A stretch of DNA of 64,000 bases from Octopus sinensis (Eukaryota), in contig NC_043006.1 in NCBI RefSeq assembly GCF_006345805.1, forward strand, positions 93,806,001-93,870,000, read 5' to 3'. Below are positions 1 through 12,263 of the stretch, one piece after another (position 1 is the stretch's first letter; each line of letters begins with the position of its first letter). Below the pieces are notes generated by a model, which was not told the origin of the DNA, ran no database searches, and was given only the letters and a program-made list of their open reading frames with translations. A program made the translations under genes and the position numbers.

Positions 1-499
1 ACATACATGTATATATGTATATGTATATATATATATATGTATCCATATTTATGTACGGTTATATCTATCTATCTATCTATCACACTATATATGTGTGTGT
101 GTGTGTGGTGTGTGTGTGTGTGTATGTGTGTGTGTGTGTATAAAGCTATATGTTATATATTGATATCTATATGGGAACATCTATATACAGATATACACAA
201 ATATACATCTAATTTCATTTCTAATTCTATGAGTTTTCTACACAAAGAATACATAATTTTATATGATATTACATGTATATATTTATATATATGTATATAT
301 ATGAAATATAAATGAGTAACAAAGATGTATAAGAGTCAATTCATTACGGCCGTTTCGAGCGACTCCTTTAATTGATCAATGAAAACGTTACATCACTACA
401 AAGAAAACCGTTCTCATCAAATACACAAACATATATGTATATGTTTGCATATATATATTTATAACTATGTGTAAATATATGTATGTGCGTGTATATATA

Positions 500-670
500 T
501 GTGAATCGTTGGTGATTGTTTTCTCCGTCTTCCTTTTCTATTGGTCTCCTGTTTCTGAAGAAGAGCGTTGCTCGAAATGTTAGACCATCTTTCTTTCCTT
601 CCCAGAGCTTTTGCTAATACTTTACATGTACCACGTTCTCGCGTTGTTGCTTTTTGTGTTTCTTCGTTTT
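500..670 (+). mobile_element. Short PLE-derived dispersed repeat carrying a minimal hammerhead-like motif (551-585)
   Basis: GTTT CTGAAGA A GAGC gtt GCTC GAAA TGTT AGAC; related copies at 8020-8230 (-) and 34100-34290 (+). Confidence 0.6.
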
Positions 671-973
671 GGGGGGGGATTTACTATATGTATATATATA
701 TATATATAGTGAGAGAGAAAGAGAGATAAATAGAGAGATAGATAGAGAGATATATGCGTGTGTGTGTGTGTGTGTGTGTGCATGTGTATGTACTGTAGTA
801 CGCCCACACACACAGCTGATACTATTAAACTCGCAGTGTTTTTGACTCAAGTTTCAAATCTAAATGTACTAGTTGCTATATATTGTTACATTGTGTTAAC
901 GTAATCTTCTGTTGTATTGAGTACTATGTAACTTGGTTGTTTCTTTTTAAATCATTACAACGTGTGTGTGTGT

Positions 974-1013
<40 letters not shown>

Positions 1014-1029
1014 ACATATATTGAATCAT

Positions 1030-1640
1030 CTGCGACATACCCATTCGGAGAATAATGTCCAGATAAAATCATCAAGATATGGAGGGAAATGTACTCTAAT
1101 AGAGATTTCGATCCTTCCTGGAACACACCTAAGTTTTTCGATGTAGGATACATTCTTTGAATTCTATAATGCTTATAATCCCATAGTTAACACTAGTTAC
1201 ACGTCATCGCATTGCTATATTCTGGAACGTAATTCTGACTGTCGGCAGACATAATCCGTCCACCTCTTTACAGAAATGGTTCAATGTCATCCGACTGGAA
1301 GCATAACAGATTCCTTCACGCCACGGTTTGCAGAAAAGAGCAAGGCAGGAGCAGTAAATGCTGCTGTGGCCTTTTCACACTGTGTTCGGAAAATTCGCCA
1401 TAAACACTTTTTTGTGAGAAAATTTGCCATATTATATTTTGCTGTGAAGGAGGCAAACAAGCAGACTGTAAACTAAATAATTCATTTCGAAGAAATTATC
1501 TGTCTTTAATTGGAAGCTGCTTGATGAAGTTACCATTTTAAGAAAACATCTTATTTATTTGCAATTTATTATGTTTTTTACGGTAAATTTTCCTACGGCA
1601 AAAATGTCTACGGTGAAATTCATGACGGCTGTTCTCATAC
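1030..1640 (-). mobile_element. Decayed Mutator-like (MULE) transposase fragment with subterminal repeats
   Basis: Minus-strand pieces EKATAAF, CLALFCKPWREGI, LNHFCKEVDGLCLP and SYIEK...FPP resemble MULE DDE motifs; repeated TACGGyAAAwTT units at about 1580-1620. Confidence 0.4.
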
Positions 1641-1858
1641 CTTCTTTTTCTGGGCCATATTGGATATTGTTTTTGTTGTTGTTGCTTGATTTCAAAGAAC
1701 TGTAGATCTTAATTCATCCTCGTTTTCTTTTCTTTCCTTTTTTTTTTCGTTATTTTCCGCATGGAAGTATTTCGAAATCGTTTCGAAGAGTTTATTACTC
1801 TACACTCCGTTTCACCTTTTTATGTCGATTTATCATAATCCTGATTGTTTTTTTTTTT

Positions 1859-2036
1859 CTATCGGCCGACCATTTCTAGATTTTCATCTCCCATAAATAT
1901 TTCGTCGTCAACAAATGATAAAGTTGCGCTACAACAGGTTGGCTCTCCTACGAGATCAGATGTTTTCTTCTCTAATTCTGGTGCTCGACATGAAGATATT
2001 ACACTTGCCATTCCCAGAACTTTGGCGGGCGGTGAT
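1859..2036 (-). other. Possible terminal coding exon of an unknown protein (SPPAKVLGMAS...DENLEMVGR*)
   Basis: Acceptor-like ccgtctcctagtttccag, then 58 open codons of non-repetitive composition to TAG; no family recognised. Confidence 0.2.
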
Positions 2037-2073
2037 CTGGAAACTAGGAGACGGTTGTTGTTTTTTTTTGTTG

Positions 2074-2078
2074 AATAA

Positions 2079-2174
<96 letters not shown>

Positions 2175-2211
2175 TAATGTGATAATGATGATGATAATGA
2201 TGATAATGATG
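2074..2211 (+). repeat. (AAT)n/(GAT)n microsatellite
   Basis: Direct reading. Confidence 0.95.
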
Positions 2212-3451
2212 AAGGTGGATTTCTCATATTGTCCACAAGAAGTTGAAGACAGCACAAAGGCGAAATACAAAAAGGAAAGAACAAACAAGAAGAAACGCTG
2301 GGATTAACGAAGAATAAAAGAGTGAGATCATCGTTAACAATGGACGACATTTTATTAAATAGAAAATAGTAAATAAACAATATAGAACAATAGAAGAAAA
2401 TAAGTATGTTTTGCGTCGGGCTTAGGCCTCCACAAGTGGGTGAGGGCACCAGCCGATAAAATCGATTTCAGTGTTCCACTGGTACTTTATTTTAACGACC
2501 CCGCAAGGATGAAAGGCAAAGACGACCTCGGCAGGAACTGAAGCATCACAAGCAACATTGTTGCCGTTGTTATCGATACGATCGTTATTGTTTTTGTTCT
2601 TGCTGTTGTCATCGTCGTTGTTGTTGTTTAAAGTAACATCGTGTGTCAGCACGTGCCGTGTGTTAACAGATGCTACCTGCTTTGGTGACAGCCCTTGATT
2701 TACCTATATAAGCGTGACACCGGACTGCACATAGGCTACTACACACGCATACACACAGAGACACACGCACACATACTGAAAGACACCCACACATACACAC
2801 ACGAACAAGTACACACCAGGGAAAATATAATCTAACAATAAAACACACATGCAGACACACACACACACACACACGCACGCACACACACACGCACGCATAC
2901 ACACACACACACATATTAACTTACTTAACTCATACACGCGTGGGCTTCTAAGCAAACGGAGGAACTGCTAAACATAACAGCTAAAACTCTCTCAACTCCT
3001 ACCAGGCACCTTACAAGTTATCTCACTTGATGAAATGATCATAGTATTCTTGGGTATAGGGAAAACCGAAAACCGGTTATTCATTGTTGGCATGCTTTTT
3101 GATCATAGGTTTGCTCGCTTAAGGCATTGGTGTTTAAATAGTTCTTATTTTTTTGACCGCGAAAGAATGAAAGGCAAAGTCGACCTCAGTGGAATTTGAA
3201 CACAGAACGTAAAGACGGACAAATGCAGCTAGGCATTTTGCCCTGGGTGCTAACGATCCTGCCAGCTCGCCACCCTAATTTAACAGATAATGATAACAAA
3301 TATACGTTCGATTGTTTCTTCATAGAAAATGCGTCCTCCTTTATTCATGTCCCCAGAAGGTGTGTTTTTTTTTTCTCTCGGAGAAATATGACATCTTATT
3401 ACAGTCTCTATCAGTTTTCAAATAATAAAAATTGTTTAATTTTTGCAGACA

Positions 3452-3795
3452 CTTCCAGCAATGTAGTAAAGATTGTTTGCCAACATAACATGGGAGTCCG
3501 GGTTTGGGACAAATGTTACTGTAATTTAGCCCCAGGAGTCATCGTCTCCAGCTGGCTATACGACAGGATGTGTCCCTATATTTTCGAACAAGAGGATCTA
3601 GCACCATCACTCAGTTCAAAACAAAGTGGGGGTGCTAGATTCCCCTTGTTCGAAAATATAAGGACAAAGATCGTGTCGTATAGCCAGCTGGAGACGATGT
3701 CTCCTGGGGCTAAATTACAGCAACATTCGTCCTAAACCCGGACTGCCATTTCATGCTGGCAAACAATTTTTACTACAAAGTACTGTTGCTGAATA
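3452..3795. mobile_element. Foldback/MITE-like element with ~110-bp imperfect inverted arms
   Basis: 3495-3564 is the near reverse complement of 3675-3744 and the similarity extends outward; a related fragment lies at about 62440-62505. Confidence 0.75.
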
Positions 3796-4619
3796 TCTGT
3801 CGTTGTGAGATTTAAAAATAGTAATTTTCTGACTTCCAGCAATATTTGTTGAAAAATTTCCAAACACTGACTGGCCTAAATAATTGATTTCTTGCGATGG
3901 TACGATCTGACTGGAAGTCATTATTATTATGAGATCTGGGAGACGACTGGAGTCCAAAAGCAGACAGTTTGGTCAGGAAATCAAATATGGTTTTCTTACC
4001 ATATAAAAAGCAATTAAACTGCTCTCCACAAGTTTCTCGTTGGTGAGTGAGTAAATTGTGTATGAGACTAGGTCCCTATCAGATCCGGTTGTACGAAATG
4101 AAATCTATTAAAGTTGTCGTTAAGATGGTAGAGAAATTGTAGGAACGTCTATCAATTTTGTGATGTCGAGGGTAAGTGCGATTGGAGGTTTAGAATGAGT
4201 CTCTTGGGAATGGGACAAAATCTAAAATGTTTTTAAAGTCAAGAATATTTCTAAAGACTAAAGAGAGGGACGGAGATAGAGAAAGAGAGTGAAGTGTATA
4301 TTGTGTAGAGAGATTAGCTGTGAGACATTTTTTGGTGGTAATAGGAGTGACTGTCTATTCGATAATGTTAAACAATTATGCTAATTGATTGCAGGGCATG
4401 GTTTAGTGGTTGAGTGTTGAACTCGTGATCTTAGGTTCGTAGTTTCAGTTCCTGGGCCGGGCGATGAGTTGTGTTCTGGTGCAAAACATTTTATTTCCCA
4501 TTGCTCCATTCTACTCAGATGGCAAAATGAGTAACCATGCAACAGACCGGCCCCTCTTCCAGCGAGGAAATAATGACATAGGAAGTACCTTTGATCCCCC
4601 TTTGTTTTTTATATGAACC

Positions 4620-5860
4620 GCTACTTAGAGAGTTGAACGTTTAAAGAGACATCAATATAGCTGGGACAAAAAGGAAAGGAGTATCTTCCCGTGCGATCAC
4701 CCTGATGAAATCGAGTGTGTGTGGCAAACTGGTTGAAGATGAACAGATGAGAGGAACATAGATGAACGTGTAGTGAATTTGAACATAGAAAACTAGAGAA
4801 GCAACCTAAGAGGAACTGTTATGGGTTTATTCTGGATTTCGAAATGGAGATGAAAGTCGAATAGTTACCGAACAGAAGTTTGGATCGTTATCAGAGAAGG
4901 GGCAAAAGGAAGTTTCCTTTGAAAAGACTTAATAATGACTATAACACGCGTACACTGTTTCCGTTGAATATCATCACCTGTAAGCTATGTCTCGTCCTTT
5001 GGATTTGCGTCACCAAAACGGAAAGCCAACTCTTCCGGACTTTGTAGAAAGGGAGGATCTTTTGCAGTTGTCTCACAATGATCTCAATTCGACGTCTTTG
5101 CTGAAACGCACACACGCGTTGAAGACACTGCATCCTCAGATATAACTCAATATAAAATCAACGCTAAATCCTTCTGCAAAGACTTTTTTTCCTGGTTCAT
5201 ACATGTGACATATCTGTCATATGAAATCAAATGAAGACCGAGAATTGATATCTCTATCTGGAATGTTGTAGTTGATTGGACAGTAATTACATCATAATAC
5301 ACAGGGCTAGTCGAAGGAGATACACGAGTGAGGTTTACTGGGAGGTTGATGAGGACGATGAACTGTTGGTCACGTTGTGCATCAACGGGGACAAGTTGTG
5401 AAATTGCTTCCAGTTGATTTTCCGTCCGTCCATTATGAAAACTTCCAGATATATATGTTCTAGTAGTAGCACTGGATGGTAAAACAAATTCCTCACATGG
5501 TGCTTGCCATAACATCAGAGAAAGCAATCAGAAATACCCAGGATGCAATACCATTGATGAAACTGTTTCATTCTCGTTTTATATGTGCCTGCGCTACATT
5601 AAACTTATGTTTATGCAGAAAAGTTATAGAGTTGTGTTGCACGAGTAAGATTGTGACCCAGGCCAATCCTAAACACCGTCTCCCTGAATTTATTTAACAA
5701 AGAAACTGGAGCATGGTACTTTGTGAATACAGAAAATGTGGGAGTGTGGTGAACGAGGCAAAAAAATTTGAGGTCAAATGCAAGCCGTATTCGAGTATTA
5801 TTTGAATAGGAACTGAGTGGGAGGAAAAGAGACTTTCCTTCTAATATTATTTACGAAAGA
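4620..5860 (-). mobile_element. Highly decayed CR1/L2-group LINE, RT C-terminal half and 3' end
   Basis: Remnants such as SPVYYDVITVQSTT..ISILGLHL and a C-terminal ...FKRS fit L2/CR1 RT tails; many stops and frameshifts. Confidence 0.45.
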
Positions 5861-6434
5861 AAAATGTGAATGAAGAGTTCCGTATCACTGGATGACTCGG
5901 TTATATACCAACACACACGCACACACACACACACACACACACACCCACACACTCTCACACATACATGCATACATGCATACATACATACAAACATACATAC
6001 GTGTATATATATATATATATATATCAACAATAAAAATAAAAAAGATTATTACGAAGTTGTATAGCATTACATTTAATTCGTTTTATATATTTACACATAT
6101 ATATGTGTGTGTGTGTATGTATGTGCATGTGTTTGTGTTTGTGTGTATGTACGTATGTATGTAAGCATGCATGCATATATGTATGCGTATATATGTATGC
6201 CTGTATCTACACATTGTGATATGTCTTTCGTTATTATGGTTATCCTAATTCAAGGAGCTGGTAGAATCGGTAGCGTATCGGACAAAACGGTTCGTACATT
6301 TCCCCGAGTTCTATGCTCTGAGTTCAAATGTCACCGATGTCAACTTTACCTTTACCTACAGCAGATGTCCTCTTGGGGTTAAAAAATCGCTGTTGGGTTG
6401 GCTCGAACTGACAGCCATGCTAAAGTGGCTAGTC

Positions 6435-6658
6435 AGTTTTCATTCCTTTTCAGAATTACTACTATTAGTGGTTTGTAGTTTAACTACTCTTTCTAGCGAG
6501 ACTGATGTCCTATTATGGCCATCTCTCATGTGTTTAAATGTACACTGTATTTCTATATGAATAATATATAGTCTATTGACTAATTTTTCCTTCTCGCTAG
6601 ACGACTGGTAGCAAAGAATTTTTCTAAATTTTTTTGCTACCCTAAGATTTATTGATTT

Positions 6659-6733
<75 letters not shown>

Positions 6734-6822
6734 AATATATACTATATTATTAATATTATTATTATTATTATTATTATTATTGCTGTTGTTGTTGTTGTGT
6801 TGTTGTTGTTGTTGTTGTTATA

Positions 6823-6877
<55 letters not shown>

Positions 6878-7099
6878 GTTGATAAATCTTAGGGTAGCAA
6901 AAAAATTTAGAAAAATTCTTTGCTACCAGTGGTCTAGCGAGAAAGAAAATTAGTCAATAGACTATATATTATTCATATAGAAATACAGTGTACATTTAAA
7001 CATTTAAAGAGATGGCCATAATAGGACATCAGACTCGCTAGAAGGAGTAGTTAAACTACAAACCACTAATAGTAGTAATTCTGAAAAGGAATGAAAACT
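6435..7099. repeat. ~220-bp inverted repeat arms around a (TAT)/(TA)/(GTT) microsatellite core
   Basis: 6435-6655 is the reverse complement of about 6880-7099 with few mismatches. Confidence 0.9.
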
Positions 7100-7342
7100 A
7101 AAAATATTTACCCTATTTTTCCTGGACTATGCATAGTTTCAGGCAATCTTTTGTAAATAAAATAATTCTAATTTACAATTGGCGTTGCCCAAAAGAACCG
7201 GCAAGTAAAATTAAATAAATATATAGTGTATAGTGTGTGTGTATTTATATGCATGGTATACAAAGTGCAGAATTGGCCGAGTTAAATATATAGCCTTGCG
7301 ATATTTGTCGCATCTTTCTACACTCCGAAGGGAACTAAGTCC

Positions 7343-7542
7343 TCATCCAGTCGTGGGGAGGGAATACATTTCCACTCCTTGGCTTTCTATCTTCTTTCTT
7401 TTCTTTCTGACAGTCCTCGCTTTCTGGAGAAAATCAGCTGAAGTGACTCCGCCGAACGTATGAGTTCCACGTGGTTTGGAAACGCTCAGAACAAACTGCA
7501 TGACGTGTTGGTGCTTCTGTGATTCCATCAGTAACTGAGGAC
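7343..7542 (-). CDS. Probable terminal coding exon of an unidentified gene: (G)PQLLMESQKHQHVMQFVLSVSKPRGTHTFGGVTSADFLQKARTVRKKRKKIESQGVEMYSLPTTG*
   Basis: Strong acceptor tctttttgccttctttgttgtag at 7543, 65 open codons then TGA, unique balanced-GC sequence amid microsatellites; an alternative frame (SSVTDGITE...SHFS*) is open for 35 codons. Confidence 0.55.
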
Positions 7543-7975
7543 CTACAACAAAGAAGGCAAAAAGATATATATTCAAGTAGAGAAAAAATTTTATATACAC
7601 TCATGCCAATACACATGTGCACGCGCGATATATATATATACATCCATACTTTCCTAAATATAAACTCACATACAAATATGTAAACATGCATACATACTGT
7701 ACAGCTATACATGCTTGGTTAAATGGCATACTGATAAAGATATCAAACGTACAATACATATATATTATGCACACACACACACACAAACACACATACACAC
7801 ATATACATACATACACAAACGCATATATATCTATATCTATGTATATATATCTGTATATATATGTATATATATGTATATATGTATATACATATGTATATAT
7901 ATATATATATAATATATATATATATATATTATATATATATATATAATATATATATTATATATATATATATAATAT

Positions 7976-8019
<44 letters not shown>

Positions 8020-8025
<6 letters not shown>

Positions 8026-8230
8026 ATCCAAACATGAAAGCACAAAAATCACAACAACGCGAGGACGTGGAACAAATATAGTATTATTGGACGCTCAGAA
8101 AAGAAGGAAAGAAGGAGGGTTTAACGTTTCGAGCGGAGCTCTTCGTCAGAAACATAGGAGAAGGAAAGATCCAGAGAAGGGAAGACAGAGGAAAAAAATC
8201 GCCAACGGTACACACGCGGTCACATTTTGT
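8020..8230 (-). mobile_element. Short PLE-derived repeat (same family as 500-670)
   Basis: Shared sequence with 500-670 and 34100-34290; contains an intact hammerhead core. Confidence 0.7.
8119..8153 (-). ncRNA. Minimal type I hammerhead ribozyme candidate (probably dimer-dependent)
   Basis: GUUU-CUGACGA-A-GAGC ucc GCUC-GAAA-CGUU-AAAC: intact core, 4-bp stems I and II, palindromic AACGUU stem III. Confidence 0.6.
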
Positions 8231-8317
8231 ATATATACATACATATATATATATATATATTATATATATATTATATATATATATATATAAACCATCGATC
8301 TCTGATTACCTCACTTC

Positions 8318-8410
<93 letters not shown>

Positions 8411-8635
8411 ATATATGCAAGCATTCGTACAAACATTTATAGATACAATGAAACAAGACTATATACAGACACATACATATATATATATATATATATACAT
8501 ACATAAAAACATACATATTTACGTATACAAACTTATGTAGAATATAAAAAATAGCAACACAAATACAAATACAGAAATATATGTGTAGGTGTATGTATGC
8601 GTATATGTATGCCCGCAAGTATGTGTGTGTGTATA

Positions 8636-8674
<39 letters not shown>

Positions 8675-9048
8675 TATGTACACGCTTACGTACGTGCGTA
8701 GATCCCTATATAAAAACAAGTTAAGTTGGACAATGGACGACGACACAGAGGCATAACAATGGACGACATTATCTGAACAGCAAATTTAGTTACAATATCG
8801 GAAATAAAAGACAGTGTCTATTATCTGCGCGACTTGAGGTGTAAGAAAGTTTTTACGCAACAGATAGATAGACAAAGACACTCCAAAGAAGAGAAAAATA
8901 ATAATATGGCAGATCTTCTTTTCTTCAAGTCACGCAGCTGAAACGTCAATCTTATCTGCATCTTTTGTTTTTCTTTCCTTACTTTTCTCTTTAACTTCTG
9001 TGTACGTGCTTGCATGCATGTGTGTATGTGTGTAGGTGTGCATATGCC

Positions 9049-9204
<156 letters not shown>

Positions 9205-9758
9205 CGTATATGTATGTATTTGACAAAAACGTTACACAAGCGCACACACACATGTACATGTTATGTGAGTCTGTATGGATTCGTGTGTAGTCGTCTCAAA
9301 AACGTTTCTCTTCTTTATCCTATTTAAATGTTTTGTATTTGTGTTGCCCTTGTGGCAAACAAAGAAACGATCCAATAAAGTATATTTGTTATGGATATTA
9401 TGTTGTCACCATTGTTGCAATAGTAGTAGTAATGGTAGCATTTAATTTTGTTGTTGTTGTTTTGGTGGTGGTGTTGGTTTTAGATTTTATTGTTGTAAAT
9501 TGCATCTTTCAAGGTAGTGAATGTCAAAATGTTATTAATGTATTTAGAGGTTTTGTTCATTTTCTTTGTTCTTTATTCCGTTATTCTTGTAAGTGATTGC
9601 AGTATTTGCAGTGCGACCATGCTGGGGCACCTCTTTCGTCGGCTTCTTTTTCTTTATATATTCAACAATATCTACTTCAGAATATACTCTAGTTACATAC
9701 TTGCTGTTTCTACCTTTATTTATCAAATGGCTAGATTACACAAACACATACACACACG

Positions 9759-9791
<33 letters not shown>

Positions 9792-10249
9792 GCACACACA
9801 CACATACACATATACACACACACACACAGCGAGCGGTCTTATTTCTGGTTTGTCTTTTTTCTCAGTGATCATGGGCCCTACCATGGCTTAGAAAGCCATT
9901 GCAGGGCCCATAGCTGCAGGTGCAGCTTTCATATTCCTGCATTGCAACCGGGTGGTAATTCTGTACAGCACTTTGATTGCGTACTTTCATGTGCCTTTTG
10001 AATCCAGATTGGCTGGAATATTCCCTTCAATCGTATATCAGATTAACTACAAGAAATTGGTTTTTTTAACTTGAGCCTTTCAGCGCATTGAGGATAGCTC
10101 TGAAGAGTCAAACACATCCTTAATCATCACACCAAAAACGTACGATTGTTGGACCTACAAACCATCCTTTACCAGCTGTTCCCTTTACATTATCCCATTC
10201 TAATGCTAGACTCCTGAAATTTCCAGACGCCACTGGTTATTTGTGTACT

Positions 10250-12000
10250 CCAGTTACTCCTCTCTTGCACTGGAGGCTCCCAGTCAGTTGTTAGTTGTAT
10301 TGAGTCAGTACATTCATCGCACAGTCCTTAAAACACAAGTTTGGCTTATGTTAGGGTCTCGCACCAGACACCATATAGAATTTGTTTAGAGATTCTACTG
10401 TCATCAAGTCGAATGAGATGACCTCTCCAGCGGGGTCTCTGTTTATGGATGTGAGATTAAATATTGAATGCATCACCAATTTGGAGTACTTCGGAATCAG
10501 GCGTATGTCTACTCTAGAGTACGCCTAGTATATTACAAAATCATCATTTGTGAATTTGATTTAGGACTTTGAGTTGTCTGCAACCGACAACATAAGTTTC
10601 ACGAGAGTAAAGCAGTGTCGGAAAAACGTTTAAACTGTATACTGCAGTGCCATTTTTGAATTCTTTCTGATTCCAAACACCTGCTTTGAGACTGACAGAA
10701 GCCTCAGTTGCCTTTTTGATACGTGACCCATGTCCAGTGGACATTGCTAGTGATCACACGTCCTATGTATGAACATTTATCAACAACTTTGAGACTGCGA
10801 CCATAGACATAACTTGATGGTGCAACGTAAGTTGGTCCGAGTGCTGGTTGAAAAATTACCTCTGTTTCGTCGAGACCTTTGTTGAACCCGAGCGCTTTAG
10901 AAGATCACAAGAGCGCACTCATAAAAGTTTGCATATATGTTAGTGAATATACTAGAAGGTCACAGTCATCGGCGTATAAAAGATCACGTATCAGATTCTC
11001 AAACTCCTTCGTCTTCGCAGAAATGTTTCGTAAATTGAAGAAGTTTCCAGAGATCTGCTATCTGAAGATAGCATCCCTGAATGCATCACTTAGCACTATA
11101 GAGAAGAAGAAAGGGAAGAGTAGATGCCATGAGATCACACTATTTAACAACATTCTTAACCGTAATTGACTCAATGAAGTTTGTAAACATTTTGTAAAGC
11201 TTCCGAGTTATCCTGAAAAAAATCTTTATGATATCAACAAAGTGACCCGGGCAACACAACTTGATCAGCATCAATGAAGATACCATCAACATTTTGTAAA
11301 GCTTCCGAGTTATCCTGAAAAAAATCTTTATGATATCAACAAAGTGACCCGGGCAACACAACTTGATCAGCATCCCCGATAATGCTTCTCTACCCCAAAG
11401 ATTTTGTTGACTACGCCAAAGATTTTGTCATGTTCATAAAATTTTGGAACAACATTTGGCGTTGTTTATAACATTTCTCTTGGACTTGATGAGCCGTGAA
11501 GATCATATCAAATGATCCTTTGTATGGCATGAAACCACATTGTCATTCTGGCCAAATCAAATTTGTTATCCTGTCACACTTGATAGGATGATTGGGACCG
11601 GTAACTCTACCTGTCGCACAAAGCAACGCCGTTCCTCTATAATTTTCGCAACTCTCTCGTAAGCATTTTTTAACGCTGGTATTACTATGGCATCTTTCCT
11701 GTCCTTTGGTACTTCAACGGATCTCCATATTTCCAAAATTAGGTCATGCATAAATTTTACTAATCACTCGCCGCCAAATTGATTGATCTCTGCAAGAAAT
11801 CCATCTCTTTCTGCCACGATTCCGTTTTTCAAAAACTTTGGTCATTAAAGATTTAGATGGTTGGCCTTCGTCCAATGTTTTCTGTAAAAGTTGATACAAA
11901 GTAAGTGTTTGGATCAAAATCTGCACAAATGGTCCGCTTAGATCTAAGAATGGGAGAGATCGTGAGGACACAGAGAATGCATATCTAACAAACGAAAGGA
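10250..12000 (-). mobile_element. Decayed RTE (BovB-like) LINE ORF
   Basis: HDLILEIWRSVEVPKDRKDAIVIP and RIKKATEASVSLKAGVWNQ..FPTLLYSRETY match RTE RT/thumb motifs. Confidence 0.8.
11186..11374 (+). repeat. Exact 87-bp direct duplication inside the RTE element
   Basis: 11186-11272 equals 11288-11374, with a 15-bp spacer. Confidence 0.9.
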
Positions 12001-12263
12001 ACATTTCGATGAGTTACTCAACAAGAAGAGCCATAATCAATCCTATTCTAACCATGACCATCTCGTCACTTCAGGGCATGTGGCAATACATTAAGCAACA
12101 TGTTTTTTTTCTTTTGTCAAACAAAGAAGACAGAAAAGAACGTGTGATTAAGGCTGAGAGAATGTTCACTCTTATTTCTTGCAGATCGTGTGTCCACGAT
12201 GATGTTCCTTATTGGTTTCTACTTGTTGTTGTTGTTGTTGTTGTTACACATGTTACACATTTC

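Noticed and set aside
340-385. Hammerhead-like GAAACGGCCGTA motif on the minus strand
   Set aside because: The CUGANGA core is too degenerate to call, though probably a relic of the same type
11186-11374. Direct repeat with spacer as a CRISPR-like array
   Set aside because: Only two 87-bp units inside a eukaryotic LINE; no cas genes
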